Source: a virus
Lineage: Duplodnaviria; Heunggongvirae; Uroviricota; Caudoviricetes
Length of the DNA: 64,000 nt
Virus record (IMG/VR): IMGVR_UViG_3300028422_001686
Direction: 5' to 3' (one strand)
Shown here: piece by piece, positions 10,166 to 18,443 of the stretch
How the letters are laid out: each line of letters starts with the position of its first letter
Position numbering within the stretch: the stretch's first letter is position 1
The notes under the pieces: model-generated
Seen by the model: only the letters and a program-made list of their open reading frames with translations
Databases searched by the model: none
Told to the model about the DNA's origin: nothing
Made by a program: the position numbers and the translations under genes

Positions 10166-10225
10166 TTAATCTTTAAATAAAATATTTATGACGCTTAAAC
10201 TTACAATTAACTTTAGGAGGTTTTT

Positions 10226-10669
10226 ATGCTTAAGCACCAACAAAAATGTGTATTCAATCTGTTTGTTAAAGACACAACAGTAGAGAAAGAGTTTGACAGA
10301 AAAGACGAAAAAGGTGAAGTCGTAGGAAAATCTACATCTTATTATTTAAGGGGATACATGATCCCTGAAGACGGAACAACAAATCATTCTGATCTAATTC
10401 AAACTGAAATGGCTCTAACTTTAAGTAGAAATTATGGCCTTAAAAACTTGCTTGATGTTCAAGGTCTTTTGATGGCAAATCTAAATGACCTACAAGAAGG
10501 CAAGAAGTTCTTGAAAGTTACTGCCTATATGGCACCACGTGTAACTAAAGATGGTAGCAATGTTTACTATTCAGCTTGGCTTCATGATGCAGAGATTATC
10601 ACCCCTGTAGATGAAGACGCTAAGCAGCTAGAAGAAATTGCTAAGAACTTTAAAGAAATTTTAGTCTAG
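10226..10669 (+). CDS. hypothetical protein
   Basis: RBS AGGAGG. 147-aa ORF followed by a terminator. Confidence 0.5.
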   Translation: MLKHQQKCVFNLFVKDTTVEKEFDRKDEKGEVVGKSTSYYLRGYMIPEDGTTNHSDLIQTEMALTLSRNYGLKNLLDVQGLLMANLNDLQEGKKFLKVTAYMAPRVTKDGSNVYYSAWLHDAEIITPVDEDAKQLEEIAKNFKEILV

Positions 10670-10678
10670 TTTTTTAAT

Positions 10679-10701
10679 GGCCCTCGTTGTGGGGGCCTTT
10701 T
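10679..10701 (+). terminator. intrinsic terminator
   Basis: GGCCCTCGTTGTGGGGGCC hairpin followed by TTTTAAG. Confidence 0.5.
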
Positions 10702-10717
10702 AAGCAAGGAGAGCTTT

Positions 10718-10939
10718 ATGAAGTCTGCGCGTTTTATTGAGATCTTAGGTGAACAGTTTAAGTCAAATGAAGAAGAAAGGCACAAGCTAAAGGTGGCTGG
10801 TGTGTCTAATAACAAAATTGAAATTGCGGCCGGTTTAAAAAGAGACCATCCAGTTCTCTCTAATTGGTCATTAAATGAAGTAGTTAACATTTATTCTGGG
10901 GAGGAATTCAATGTTCGTGTTAAAAAAAATAAAAAATAA
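10718..10939 (+). CDS. hypothetical protein
   Basis: 73-aa ORF with RBS AAGGAGAG. Confidence 0.4.
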   Translation: MKSARFIEILGEQFKSNEEERHKLKVAGVSNNKIEIAAGLKRDHPVLSNWSLNEVVNIYSGEEFNVRVKKNKK

Positions 10940-11309
10940 GAAAAATCCTGTATATCATAACTCATACCAAATTAGAGAAGGGTTAAGCAAATGTAACCCA
11001 GAGTGTTTTTTGTATTTGTTTCAAAGAGGCGAATATAGGAAGTCTCTTGACATAAACAGTATTACCCAGTTAGCCGAATTAATTAAAGCCAACACTAATG
11101 AGTTTTATGAATGTTGTGTTGGAGTTGGAGATATTATTACAGGTCTTCGTACAAGTAAGATTCTCAGTGTTAAAGAGTATGATCAAGTTGATGAGTTTGA
11201 TGATTTATCAAAAGATGAATTATTAATTCTGGATACTGTTGCAGCCAAGACTGGACTGTATCTTGAAACTTATAACTCTTACTACCATATTGACAGATAT
11301 GAGGTATAA
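10911..11309 (+). CDS. hypothetical protein
   Basis: 132-aa ORF. Confidence 0.4.
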   Translation: MFVLKKIKNKKNPVYHNSYQIREGLSKCNPECFLYLFQRGEYRKSLDINSITQLAELIKANTNEFYECCVGVGDIITGLRTSKILSVKEYDQVDEFDDLSKDELLILDTVAAKTGLYLETYNSYYHIDRYEV

Positions 11310-11310
11310 T

Positions 11311-11709
11311 ATGTTTCGTGTAATTTTAATTAGCTTAACTTTGTTCTTAGTATCTCAAAGTTCAATGGCGGCACTATTTAAATGTCGCCTTTTAAATCCA
11401 TGTGCAAATAATCATCCAATGGCTTTGAATGAATGTATTTTTGAGACAATGGATATTGTTGTTTCTAAAACAAACAAAAATCGAGCTTCTTTGTATGCTT
11501 ATAAGGAAAATGGAAATACTAGAAGATTTTGGGGAGATATTGATTTAGGTAACAAACCTTACTTTTCAACCGATGCTAGATTCACACCAATTCAAATCTA
11601 TGCTTATATCGTCAGAGGCGATATGTTCGCTGGATACATGGAATATAAAGATGCTGAATTTAAGATTTCTTGCAAGTATAAACGTGATGGAATTGATATT
11701 TCAATCTAA
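11311..11709 (+). CDS. putative secreted protein
   Basis: ATG at 11311 after GAGGTATAAT. Signal peptide MFRVILISLTLFLVSQSSMA. Confidence 0.5.
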   Translation: MFRVILISLTLFLVSQSSMAALFKCRLLNPCANNHPMALNECIFETMDIVVSKTNKNRASLYAYKENGNTRRFWGDIDLGNKPYFSTDARFTPIQIYAYIVRGDMFAGYMEYKDAEFKISCKYKRDGIDISI

Positions 11710-11740
11710 AGAGTAATTATAATCCCTCTAGGAGCAAGTT

Positions 11741-12547
11741 ATGAGAATTTTATGCTTAACTGATACTCATAGAGGGTACTCAAGCAGAACGTCTAGAGTT
11801 CACGATAAGTTCTTTAAACGTATTAGAGATAATGAGCAGTTTGATTTAATTGTTCATTCTGGTGACATTGGAAGCAACTCCCAAAAAAGCACTTATGCTG
11901 GCTTAAAGTCTTTAAGAAGGGCATTTCCTGATCATGTTATTCTAACAGTAAAAGGTAATCATGATTGGTGGGATTGGTATAGTTTTAAGTCTAAAAAGAA
12001 GAACCCTTATAAAACACGATATACTTTTGATTTAATGGAGAGCGAATTCCGGCGTGTTTGTAAAGAAAACAAGATTCACTATTTACAAGATGGGGAATAT
12101 GTCTCAGAAGATGTCGTGATTTTTGGTTTTGATAGTTGGTATGGGCTAGATCCCTATGAATTTACCAATGATTTAAGCTATATGCCAATTGGTATAGAAG
12201 GAAGTACACATCATTTTATGAGACTAAGGTCTGATAGGGCTTTAGCCAAAATTTTTGATTTGACTGAAAAGTATTCTCAATCAAAAGTTTTAGTTACACA
12301 TTTTCCCTCCTATTGTGATGAGGAGAAATACAAGAGACTTCAAGGGCCACAGTATTACCTTGAGCATATACTTGAAGTTTTTGATTATTATATTGTGGGA
12401 CACACTCACAGGTCAGTAGACAGAGTTGAGGGTAAGTGCCGCATTATAAATGCAGGAACTAATAACCCTGAGTTTTGGGACGGCGGCTATGATCGGCCTG
12501 CGTATAAAATTATTGATACAATGGAGGTGGTTAATGGCCATTCTTGA
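11741..12547 (+). CDS. calcineurin-like metallophosphoesterase
   Basis: The four metallophosphatase motifs are present in order: LTDTHRG, HSGDIG, GNHDWW and GHTHR. Confidence 0.7.
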   Translation: MRILCLTDTHRGYSSRTSRVHDKFFKRIRDNEQFDLIVHSGDIGSNSQKSTYAGLKSLRRAFPDHVILTVKGNHDWWDWYSFKSKKKNPYKTRYTFDLMESEFRRVCKENKIHYLQDGEYVSEDVVIFGFDSWYGLDPYEFTNDLSYMPIGIEGSTHHFMRLRSDRALAKIFDLTEKYSQSKVLVTHFPSYCDEEKYKRLQGPQYYLEHILEVFDYYIVGHTHRSVDRVEGKCRIINAGTNNPEFWDGGYDRPAYKIIDTMEVVNGHS

Positions 12548-12947
12548 TAAAAAACCTCGTTTTAAATTTAAACCTATTAGTGAACTCGACAAGTTGTATG
12601 AAAAAGAGGCTAGCGGCGAACTATACTTGGAGGAGGTTGATGTGGAAAGTTTGGATAAGAACTATTTATTCCGTAAATTTAAACAAAAAATCTGCTCATT
12701 TGAATGGATTTTTAGCTTGGTTATGATAGTTATAGTTACTGCTTTAATTATTATTGGCTTTAAGCTTATAAAAGATAGCAGTACAGATGTAGAGATTAAA
12801 GAGATTTTTGCTTGTACATCTTTAAGTTCAGAAATAATTGAGTCAGCTGAAAAGATGAGTGCTTTAGCAGTTGAAGCTACTGATAATTGGGAAAAATGTG
12901 AAATTGAGAAAAGTCAGCTGATTCTAAAAATAGAGAGTTTGAAATGA
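12534..12947 (+). CDS. hypothetical membrane protein
   Basis: ATG at 12534 with RBS GGAGGTGG. One transmembrane helix (IFSLVMIVIVTALIIIGF). Confidence 0.4.
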   Translation: MAILDKKPRFKFKPISELDKLYEKEASGELYLEEVDVESLDKNYLFRKFKQKICSFEWIFSLVMIVIVTALIIIGFKLIKDSSTDVEIKEIFACTSLSSEIIESAEKMSALAVEATDNWEKCEIEKSQLILKIESLK

Positions 12948-13444
12948 ATAATCAAATAATTAAATGTGGGTATTGTCACCCTGAAAACCCTGGTAAAAGC
13001 AGACTTGGCCCATTTAAAAGTTATGACCATAAAGGTAAACTTTTAGATGAGGGTTGGCAGAATTGCCATATTTGTGATGGCAAAGGTGAGTATCCAGACA
13101 CTCTTGAATTTAGAGAAGAACACAATATCTGGGAAACTGCGGCTGAGACTAGAGAGCTTCTTCAGTTTTTAATTGATATTGTTGATAAAAAAGAAAAGTG
13201 GAGATGGGTAGAAAACTCACAATGCAAGTATATTGATATTCGGATTGATATGAGATCTATCAACTCTCTGCTATTCGGTCGTGATGGAGAAAAACGGATT
13301 ACTTTAGATAGACTTAAATATCAAATATCTAATGAAAAAGATATGAGATATTGTTATAAGTGTGAGAAAGATACACCTACTGTAAATGAAGATTGTGTTT
13401 ATTGTGGACTTTCTAAAGTAACGCCAGATCATTTAACTAAATGA
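12944..13444 (+). CDS. Zn-finger protein
   Basis: CGYCHPEN...CHICDGKGE and CYKCEKD...CVYCG motifs. Confidence 0.45.
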   Translation: MNNQIIKCGYCHPENPGKSRLGPFKSYDHKGKLLDEGWQNCHICDGKGEYPDTLEFREEHNIWETAAETRELLQFLIDIVDKKEKWRWVENSQCKYIDIRIDMRSINSLLFGRDGEKRITLDRLKYQISNEKDMRYCYKCEKDTPTVNEDCVYCGLSKVTPDHLTK

Positions 13445-13481
13445 TATAGAAACTGAAAAAAAATAAAAAGAGGAGATTATT

Positions 13482-13685
13482 ATGGCTGCGAATAAAGCTG
13501 TTATTGAAGGTTGGATTGAAAGAGCAAAAGAAGAAGGTGCTACACATATTGTTTCAGTGTGTGATCGTTTTGACTATGATGATTATCCAGTTTTTGTTAT
13601 GCCTGGACAAGATCCTAACCAAGTTGCATATGAATATAATAATAAAAGTATGCAAAGCGTTAATGAAATAATTATTGTAAAATAA
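13482..13685 (+). CDS. hypothetical protein
   Basis: RBS AGAGGAG upstream of a 67-aa ORF. Confidence 0.4.
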   Translation: MAANKAVIEGWIERAKEEGATHIVSVCDRFDYDDYPVFVMPGQDPNQVAYEYNNKSMQSVNEIIIVK

Positions 13686-13691
13686 TAATAT

Positions 13692-14212
13692 GGGGGTGAA
13701 TTAGTTTCGACACGGTTACGAGGTTTGTATTTGCATGTCCCGGATGGTTCTTGGCCGGGTTATCAATGAACTAAATCATAATTGGCAACGATTATATCGA
13801 ACTTCAAGCTGCTGCTTAATTAGCATTCAGTTGAATGAGGGCCTTACACCAATAACAAAAAGTAAGGGACATACGGACAGGTCTAATAATCGTCTAAAAA
13901 GTTCCCACGGAACGTTGACTCTGTGGCGTTGTTTTCCTTGTGTACAGTAAACAAACAAGGTGGTGGAGGGAACCATGTGTTCCCCTATTGAGTATCTTGT
14001 GACCAGGATATTCAGGTTGTGTGATGAGAGCAACTTTAAAGATTTTGAAACATGAGGCATCTAGTCATCAATTATGTGAAGGAATGGCCCAACCTTGTTA
14101 AAAAATGGTTACTATTTGCTTGGATAGTATTGGCATCAAAAACAAGCTAAACATGTAGACGATATTTATTGAGTAGTTGTGGACGCGGGGGCAGGGCCCG
14201 CCACCTCCACCA
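13692..14212 (+). ncRNA. ssrA: tmRNA (ssrA-like), unusually long at ~520 nt
   Basis: The 5' end GGGGGTGAATTAGTTTCGACACGG matches the tmRNA consensus GGGGNUGAUUCUGGAUUCGACGGG. The 3' end has a T-arm-like stem GCGGG/CCCGC and an acceptor 3' strand CACCTCC followed by A and CCA, which pairs with the 5' GGGGGTG. A tag-like frame at 13784-13818 ends GCT GCT GCT TAA and reads (G)NDYIELQAAA*. The region is GC-richer than its flanks and has no credible ORF. Confidence 0.6.
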
Positions 14213-14312
14213 TTTATGGCCATGGTAGTGTAAATAACACACTAGACGCATAATCTAGAGACAGAAGGGAAGTACTTCTACTTGGCCTCATTTATCATTA
14301 AGGAAGTTATTT

Positions 14313-14765
14313 ATGGCGTATAATGAAATTAAAGTGATTGGAGCAAAATTTGTCAATCTTGATAAGACAAAAGAATGGGAAGAACTTTTCACTCATAGAA
14401 ACATAAATTATGCTTTAGACTATGCTAGAGAGTTTTTAGGAAAAGACTGGAGTAATTTTTTAAATGAAGAATGCGTCCATGAAGTTGTTTCGATTGAAGA
14501 TAGAGAGTCTCAGGTAGACCATGGAAGATGGATGAAATATAAGGAGATAACTACAGATAAAGGCGAGAGCTTTGTTGTTGAGTCTGAGTTTCCTTTTTAC
14601 TACGATATTGATTATAAAATTGTTAAAGTTCCAGATGAAAAGAGTGGTTTAGCAGTAATTAAACAGTCTAATTTATGGCTCCGTAAAGAGATATTAAATT
14701 TATTCAAAAATTCTAAGCTTGAGTTGGCAGAGTTATCTCGAATGGTAGATCAAACTATAATTTAA
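14313..14765 (+). CDS. hypothetical protein
   Basis: RBS AAGGAAG upstream of a 150-aa ORF. Confidence 0.5.
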   Translation: MAYNEIKVIGAKFVNLDKTKEWEELFTHRNINYALDYAREFLGKDWSNFLNEECVHEVVSIEDRESQVDHGRWMKYKEITTDKGESFVVESEFPFYYDIDYKIVKVPDEKSGLAVIKQSNLWLRKEILNLFKNSKLELAELSRMVDQTII

Positions 14766-14782
14766 TTTATTGAGGATTTTTT

Positions 14783-15007
14783 ATGAACTTAAAGAAAGTT
14801 AGGCCTATAGTTCAAGCAAGGAAGAAAAAAGAAAGAAGATTAATTATGCAAAAGCGCATAAAAGACTTTGATCGTAGAGTTCATGAAAATATAGAAATAA
14901 TTAAAGCTATAGTCAGGAAACTTCCTATGATTGGAAGTATTATGGGCGCTTTGCAGATGGATTCACATACTATAGCAACTGCAATGGAACTATCTAGGAT
15001 AGACTGA
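14783..15007 (+). CDS. hypothetical small basic protein
   Basis: RBS GAGGA upstream of a 74-aa ORF. Confidence 0.35.
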   Translation: MNLKKVRPIVQARKKKERRLIMQKRIKDFDRRVHENIEIIKAIVRKLPMIGSIMGALQMDSHTIATAMELSRID

Positions 15008-15017
15008 GGAGCTTTTT

Positions 15018-15260
15018 ATGTCTCAATGTAATTCAAGCAATATTGATATAAGTATAGAGCTTTGCAATAATTGTGATGGAGCAGGTATCGTTACAAAAAA
15101 AGAGCTGTATTGTTGGCATAACGGAGTCTATACATACACACAGGATGTCTGTGAAAGATGTAATGGAACTGGAAGAGTGAAGAAAACCACATCAATTAAG
15201 ATTGAAGTAGAGGCCTATGTCCCTAGTACAGAATTAAAAGAGTGGAAGGGGCCTTTGTGA
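15018..15260 (+). CDS. small protein with a DnaJ-type CxxCxGxG zinc finger
   Basis: CNNCDGAGIV and CERCNGTGRV repeats. Confidence 0.45.
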   Translation: MSQCNSSNIDISIELCNNCDGAGIVTKKELYCWHNGVYTYTQDVCERCNGTGRVKKTTSIKIEVEAYVPSTELKEWKGPL

Positions 15261-15422
15261 GAAAGATGTTTGCCCCATCACAGTCTAATCAGATAACCAA
15301 GGAGTACTATTACACTCTTAATGGGCACTCTTGGAGTAAACATAGAGTTCAAAAAGTAATGAGGCAGAATGGCTCCTATGTTTATTGGACCTATCATCTG
15401 GTTGATACAAGGTAGGTTAAAT

Positions 15423-15758
15423 ATGAAAAAATATTTCAGTAGAAAAATGAAAGATGAGAGAAAAAAAGAGAAAAAGAAGAAGTTAATAAAAGGTGAAAAG
15501 AATGGACTGTGTAATGTCACAGCTTGTCAGTCACCAACTGATGTAGTCTTTTTTAATAAAGGAACAAGCAAGTACTATTGTGCCTCTTGTGCTCAACGTA
15601 TTAATGATGCGAATAAAGAGTATCCTGATACTGAAAGACTATTTGATGATAAGTATCTCTGTAGAACCGATGAAGGATTATTGCCTAGAGAGTTCTGGAG
15701 AAAACAATTTGAAGAGGAGATGGCTTATGTTCGTGAAAATAAAACCAATGTTGACTAA
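15423..15758 (+). CDS. hypothetical Cys-rich protein
   Basis: ATG at 15423. Motif CNVTACQSP...CASCAQR. Confidence 0.4.
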   Translation: MKKYFSRKMKDERKKEKKKKLIKGEKNGLCNVTACQSPTDVVFFNKGTSKYYCASCAQRINDANKEYPDTERLFDDKYLCRTDEGLLPREFWRKQFEEEMAYVRENKTNVD

Positions 15759-15999
15759 CATTGAAGAAGAAGATGTAGAACATCCTTTTGCAAGTATCCA
15801 ACCAACAGAAATTATTGTTTTAAGAGATCGATTAACACTTCATAAAATACCTAAATCAATCAATAAGGTTGAGGAGGGTAAGGCAATTGCTAATTATGAG
15901 TATTTTGCTCATATAGCAGCTGGTCTTAGTAAAGAAGAAAATGTTTACAGGATCTCTGATGAAGAGTATACTAGGTTAGAAAAAATGTTTTTGTTTTAA
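15727..15999 (+). CDS. hypothetical protein
   Basis: ATG at 15727, overlapping the upstream stop codon. Confidence 0.35.
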   Translation: MFVKIKPMLTNIEEEDVEHPFASIQPTEIIVLRDRLTLHKIPKSINKVEEGKAIANYEYFAHIAAGLSKEENVYRISDEEYTRLEKMFLF

Positions 16000-16004
16000 T
16001 GTAA

Positions 16005-16128
16005 AATAGGTGGGCCGAAGGTTATTGGTTATCATTTTTTTTGGAAATAAAAGCCGAGGTGGTTCGATTCCACCATTAGCCCATTTGGTAAAGGAGGGCG
16101 TTCCCAATACCATATTTGCTCACCTATT
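16005..16128 (+). ncRNA. Y-RNA-like (YrlA-like) small RNA immediately upstream of the Ro60/rsr gene
   Basis: The terminal helix AATAGGTG...TTATTGG (5') pairs with CCAATAC...CACCTATT (3'), with an internal bulge, and is followed by TTTTTT. Inside is a canonical T-arm, GGTGG-TTCGATT-CCACC. There is no ORF. Position and strand match the rsr-yrlA arrangement. Confidence 0.5.
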
Positions 16129-16156
16129 TTTTCATTTTATAAGTTAAGTTTCAATA

Positions 16157-16233
16157 CGGCAGGGTCGATAGACTAAGGGTTATCTAGGTTGTGATTTTCC
16201 CCTTAATCATTTCATTTACCCTGCCTTTCTTTT
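16157..16233 (+). ncRNA. second small structured RNA or long-stem terminator upstream of rsr
   Basis: CGGCAGGG and CCCTGCC form a stem enclosing ~55 nt, followed by TTTCTTTTTTTT. The enclosed GGTCGATAGA-N-TAAGGGTTATC motif recurs at 26420. Confidence 0.35.
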
Positions 16234-16271
16234 TTTTAATAATAATATTTTAATACATTATGGAGGACGAC

Positions 16272-17948
16272 ATGTCTTATCGCTATTCTTCTTTAATTAA
16301 AGAAACCCCACAAACTAGTGCAATTCCTGGTAAACAAATGGTTAAGAACAATGCAGGTGGCTTTGTTTTTAAAATTGATAAATGGCAACGTCTTATGCGC
16401 TTCTTAATTCTTGGCGCAGAGAGTGGTACTTATTATGTAAATCAAAAAGCTTTTGCATTAGAAAATATTGATAGAGTCCTTGAGTGTATTAATGAAGATT
16501 CAAGAAAAGTTCTTACTACATTGCTTGATGTCTCTCTCAATGGAAGGGCCTTAAAGCAAGATGCAACAATATTTTTATTGGCTCTTGTTTCAAGTCAAAA
16601 TAAGGGGACTAAAGATGTTGAGCTTAATGAGCTAATTAAGTCGGCTGTTTTAAAAGTTTGTAGAACGCCTACAATGCTTTTTATGTACCTTAAGTTTGTT
16701 AGAGACTTAAGAGGGATGGGTCCTTCTGTAAGAAAATCTATTGCAAAATACTATACTGAAACAGACTTTAGTCGACTTGACCTGAGTGTTATTAAGTACC
16801 GTAATCGTGAAGGCTATACTCATAGAGATGCCTTGCGTTTATCTCATCCAAAGGCTAAAGATGAAAAACGTCAGCAGCTTTTTGCGTATCTTGTAGGAAA
16901 AGCAAATGCTCCTGAAGGTACAATGTGTGAGCTTTTTGAAAAGCTAAAAACAATTGATCTAAATACTAAAAAGGGTGTTAGTGAATTAATTGGCCTAATC
17001 ACTAAACATAATATTCCTCGGGAGCTATTGCCAACTGCAGCATTGAATAATGCAGATGTATGGAGAGCAATGCTTCCAGGAATGCCTATTATGGCATTAG
17101 TCAGAAACTTAGGTAAAATGTCTAGCCTTAATATTTTTGATAGTAATCTAAGAGATGAAACTATCATGGTTGTGAATAAGCTAGGAAATAAAGAGGTTAT
17201 TGAAAAATCCAGAATTCATCCTATGCAGCTTTATATTGCATCTAAGGTATATTCAGCAGGTAGAGGGGTCAAAGGATCTTTATCTTGGAGACCTAATGCT
17301 AAAATTAGATCAGCCCTAGATACTGCAATGACATTGGCTTTTAAAAATATTAAACCAACAGGAAAGAGATTTCTTATTGGTGCTGATATTTCCGGTTCTA
17401 TGACTTGTTCGGTCTTAGGTACTGATTTTGTTTCAGCATATGAAGCTTCAGCTTGTTTAGTTACAACTCTTGTTAGAACTGAAGAAAATGTTGATGCAGT
17501 TGCTTTTGGTAGTCCATCTAAAGGTGGGTATAGATCTTGGAATGAACCAAGAAACTATGGCTTTTCTATAGGGAATAATGGCGTTTCTGTTATGCCTGTA
17601 AACAAGAAAGAATCGGTAGACTCACTTGTTGGTCGTATGCAAAGCAACTACCATATGGGTAGTGGAACTGATTGTTCTCTTCCTATTAGTTATGCCTTAA
17701 ATAAAAAGATACCTGTTGATGTATTTGTCATTACTACTGACAATGAAACATGGGCCGGCAAGGAGCATGTATGTCAGATTTTAGACAAATATAGAAAAAC
17801 AATGGGTATTAATGCAAAATTATTTGTGATGGCAACATCATCTTCAGATTTTACTATTGCTGATCCTAATGATCCTGGAATGCTTGATTGCGCAGGATTT
17901 GATGCTTCAGTATTCAGTCTATTGTCGGAGTTTGCCTTACAAGAATAA
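16272..17948 (+). CDS. rsr: Ro60/Rsr ortholog (TROVE domain plus C-terminal vWA with a MIDAS site)
   Basis: The N-terminal NAGGFVFKIDKWQRLMRFLILGAESGTYYV matches the TROVE signature. A vWA MIDAS motif, FLIGADISGSMT, lies in the C-terminal half. The ATG at 16272 follows the RBS GGAGGA. Confidence 0.75.
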   Translation: MSYRYSSLIKETPQTSAIPGKQMVKNNAGGFVFKIDKWQRLMRFLILGAESGTYYVNQKAFALENIDRVLECINEDSRKVLTTLLDVSLNGRALKQDATIFLLALVSSQNKGTKDVELNELIKSAVLKVCRTPTMLFMYLKFVRDLRGMGPSVRKSIAKYYTETDFSRLDLSVIKYRNREGYTHRDALRLSHPKAKDEKRQQLFAYLVGKANAPEGTMCELFEKLKTIDLNTKKGVSELIGLITKHNIPRELLPTAALNNADVWRAMLPGMPIMALVRNLGKMSSLNIFDSNLRDETIMVVNKLGNKEVIEKSRIHPMQLYIASKVYSAGRGVKGSLSWRPNAKIRSALDTAMTLAFKNIKPTGKRFLIGADISGSMTCSVLGTDFVSAYEASACLVTTLVRTEENVDAVAFGSPSKGGYRSWNEPRNYGFSIGNNGVSVMPVNKKESVDSLVGRMQSNYHMGSGTDCSLPISYALNKKIPVDVFVITTDNETWAGKEHVCQILDKYRKTMGINAKLFVMATSSSDFTIADPNDPGMLDCAGFDASVFSLLSEFALQE

Positions 17949-17961
17949 ATGTGAGGTAGAC

Positions 17962-18441
17962 ATGAAAACTATTGATAGACTTGTTAAAGAAGTTCTTGAT
18001 GAACACAAGGAAGGTGAAAAGTTTTTTGAGAACTTGGATGAAAAAGTCAGAGATAAAAAGTGGTGCCAGGCACTATGGACCTCATATGTAAAATCTGGCT
18101 TACGTGACAATATGGATTTTATTGTTATGTCAGGTAGATTTGGTCAGCTATTCTATAACTTTCTAGTTTCTATTGGTGTGACTCGACCCATCTTTTTAGT
18201 TAGAGGTGGGTTAAGGCGCAATCCAGAACTGGATGACTTGAATAGCTTTGAGCTAAGTGGTACACGCTTTGTTTTCTTTGATGACAGCCTTTATGCTGGA
18301 AGAACAAGGGATGCAATTCATAGTCATTTAGTCGATCTGGGGAGTAAAGGAATCCAACATACATTTGTTATTTATGATGGATCTGAAGTAAAAGAAGAGT
18401 CTGTACACTCACTGTATAGGTACTGGGATAACGAGGAATAA
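17962..18441 (+). CDS. phosphoribosyltransferase-like protein (PRPP-binding-like motif)
   Basis: RFVFFDDSLYAGRTRD resembles the PRTase motif (hydrophobic)4-DD-x-x-T-G-x-T. RBS GAGGTAGA. Confidence 0.35.
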   Translation: MKTIDRLVKEVLDEHKEGEKFFENLDEKVRDKKWCQALWTSYVKSGLRDNMDFIVMSGRFGQLFYNFLVSIGVTRPIFLVRGGLRRNPELDDLNSFELSGTRFVFFDDSLYAGRTRDAIHSHLVDLGSKGIQHTFVIYDGSEVKEESVHSLYRYWDNEE

Positions 18442-18443
18442 TT

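Noticed and set aside
13735-14060. Short ORFs (71 aa on the + strand, 77 aa on the minus strand) inside 13692-14212
   Set aside because: The region is explained by a tmRNA with conserved 5' and 3' tRNA-like ends. The ORFs have no RBS and are GC-rich runs.
16871-17167. 98-aa minus-strand ORF inside the Ro60 gene, and similar minus-strand ORFs (8478-8702, 9055-9330, 19861-20055, 27812-28048, 28801-29004, 41509-41718, 55685-56008, 63323-63661)
   Set aside because: All are nested antisense to well-supported + strand genes in a strictly unidirectional genome, and none has an RBS.
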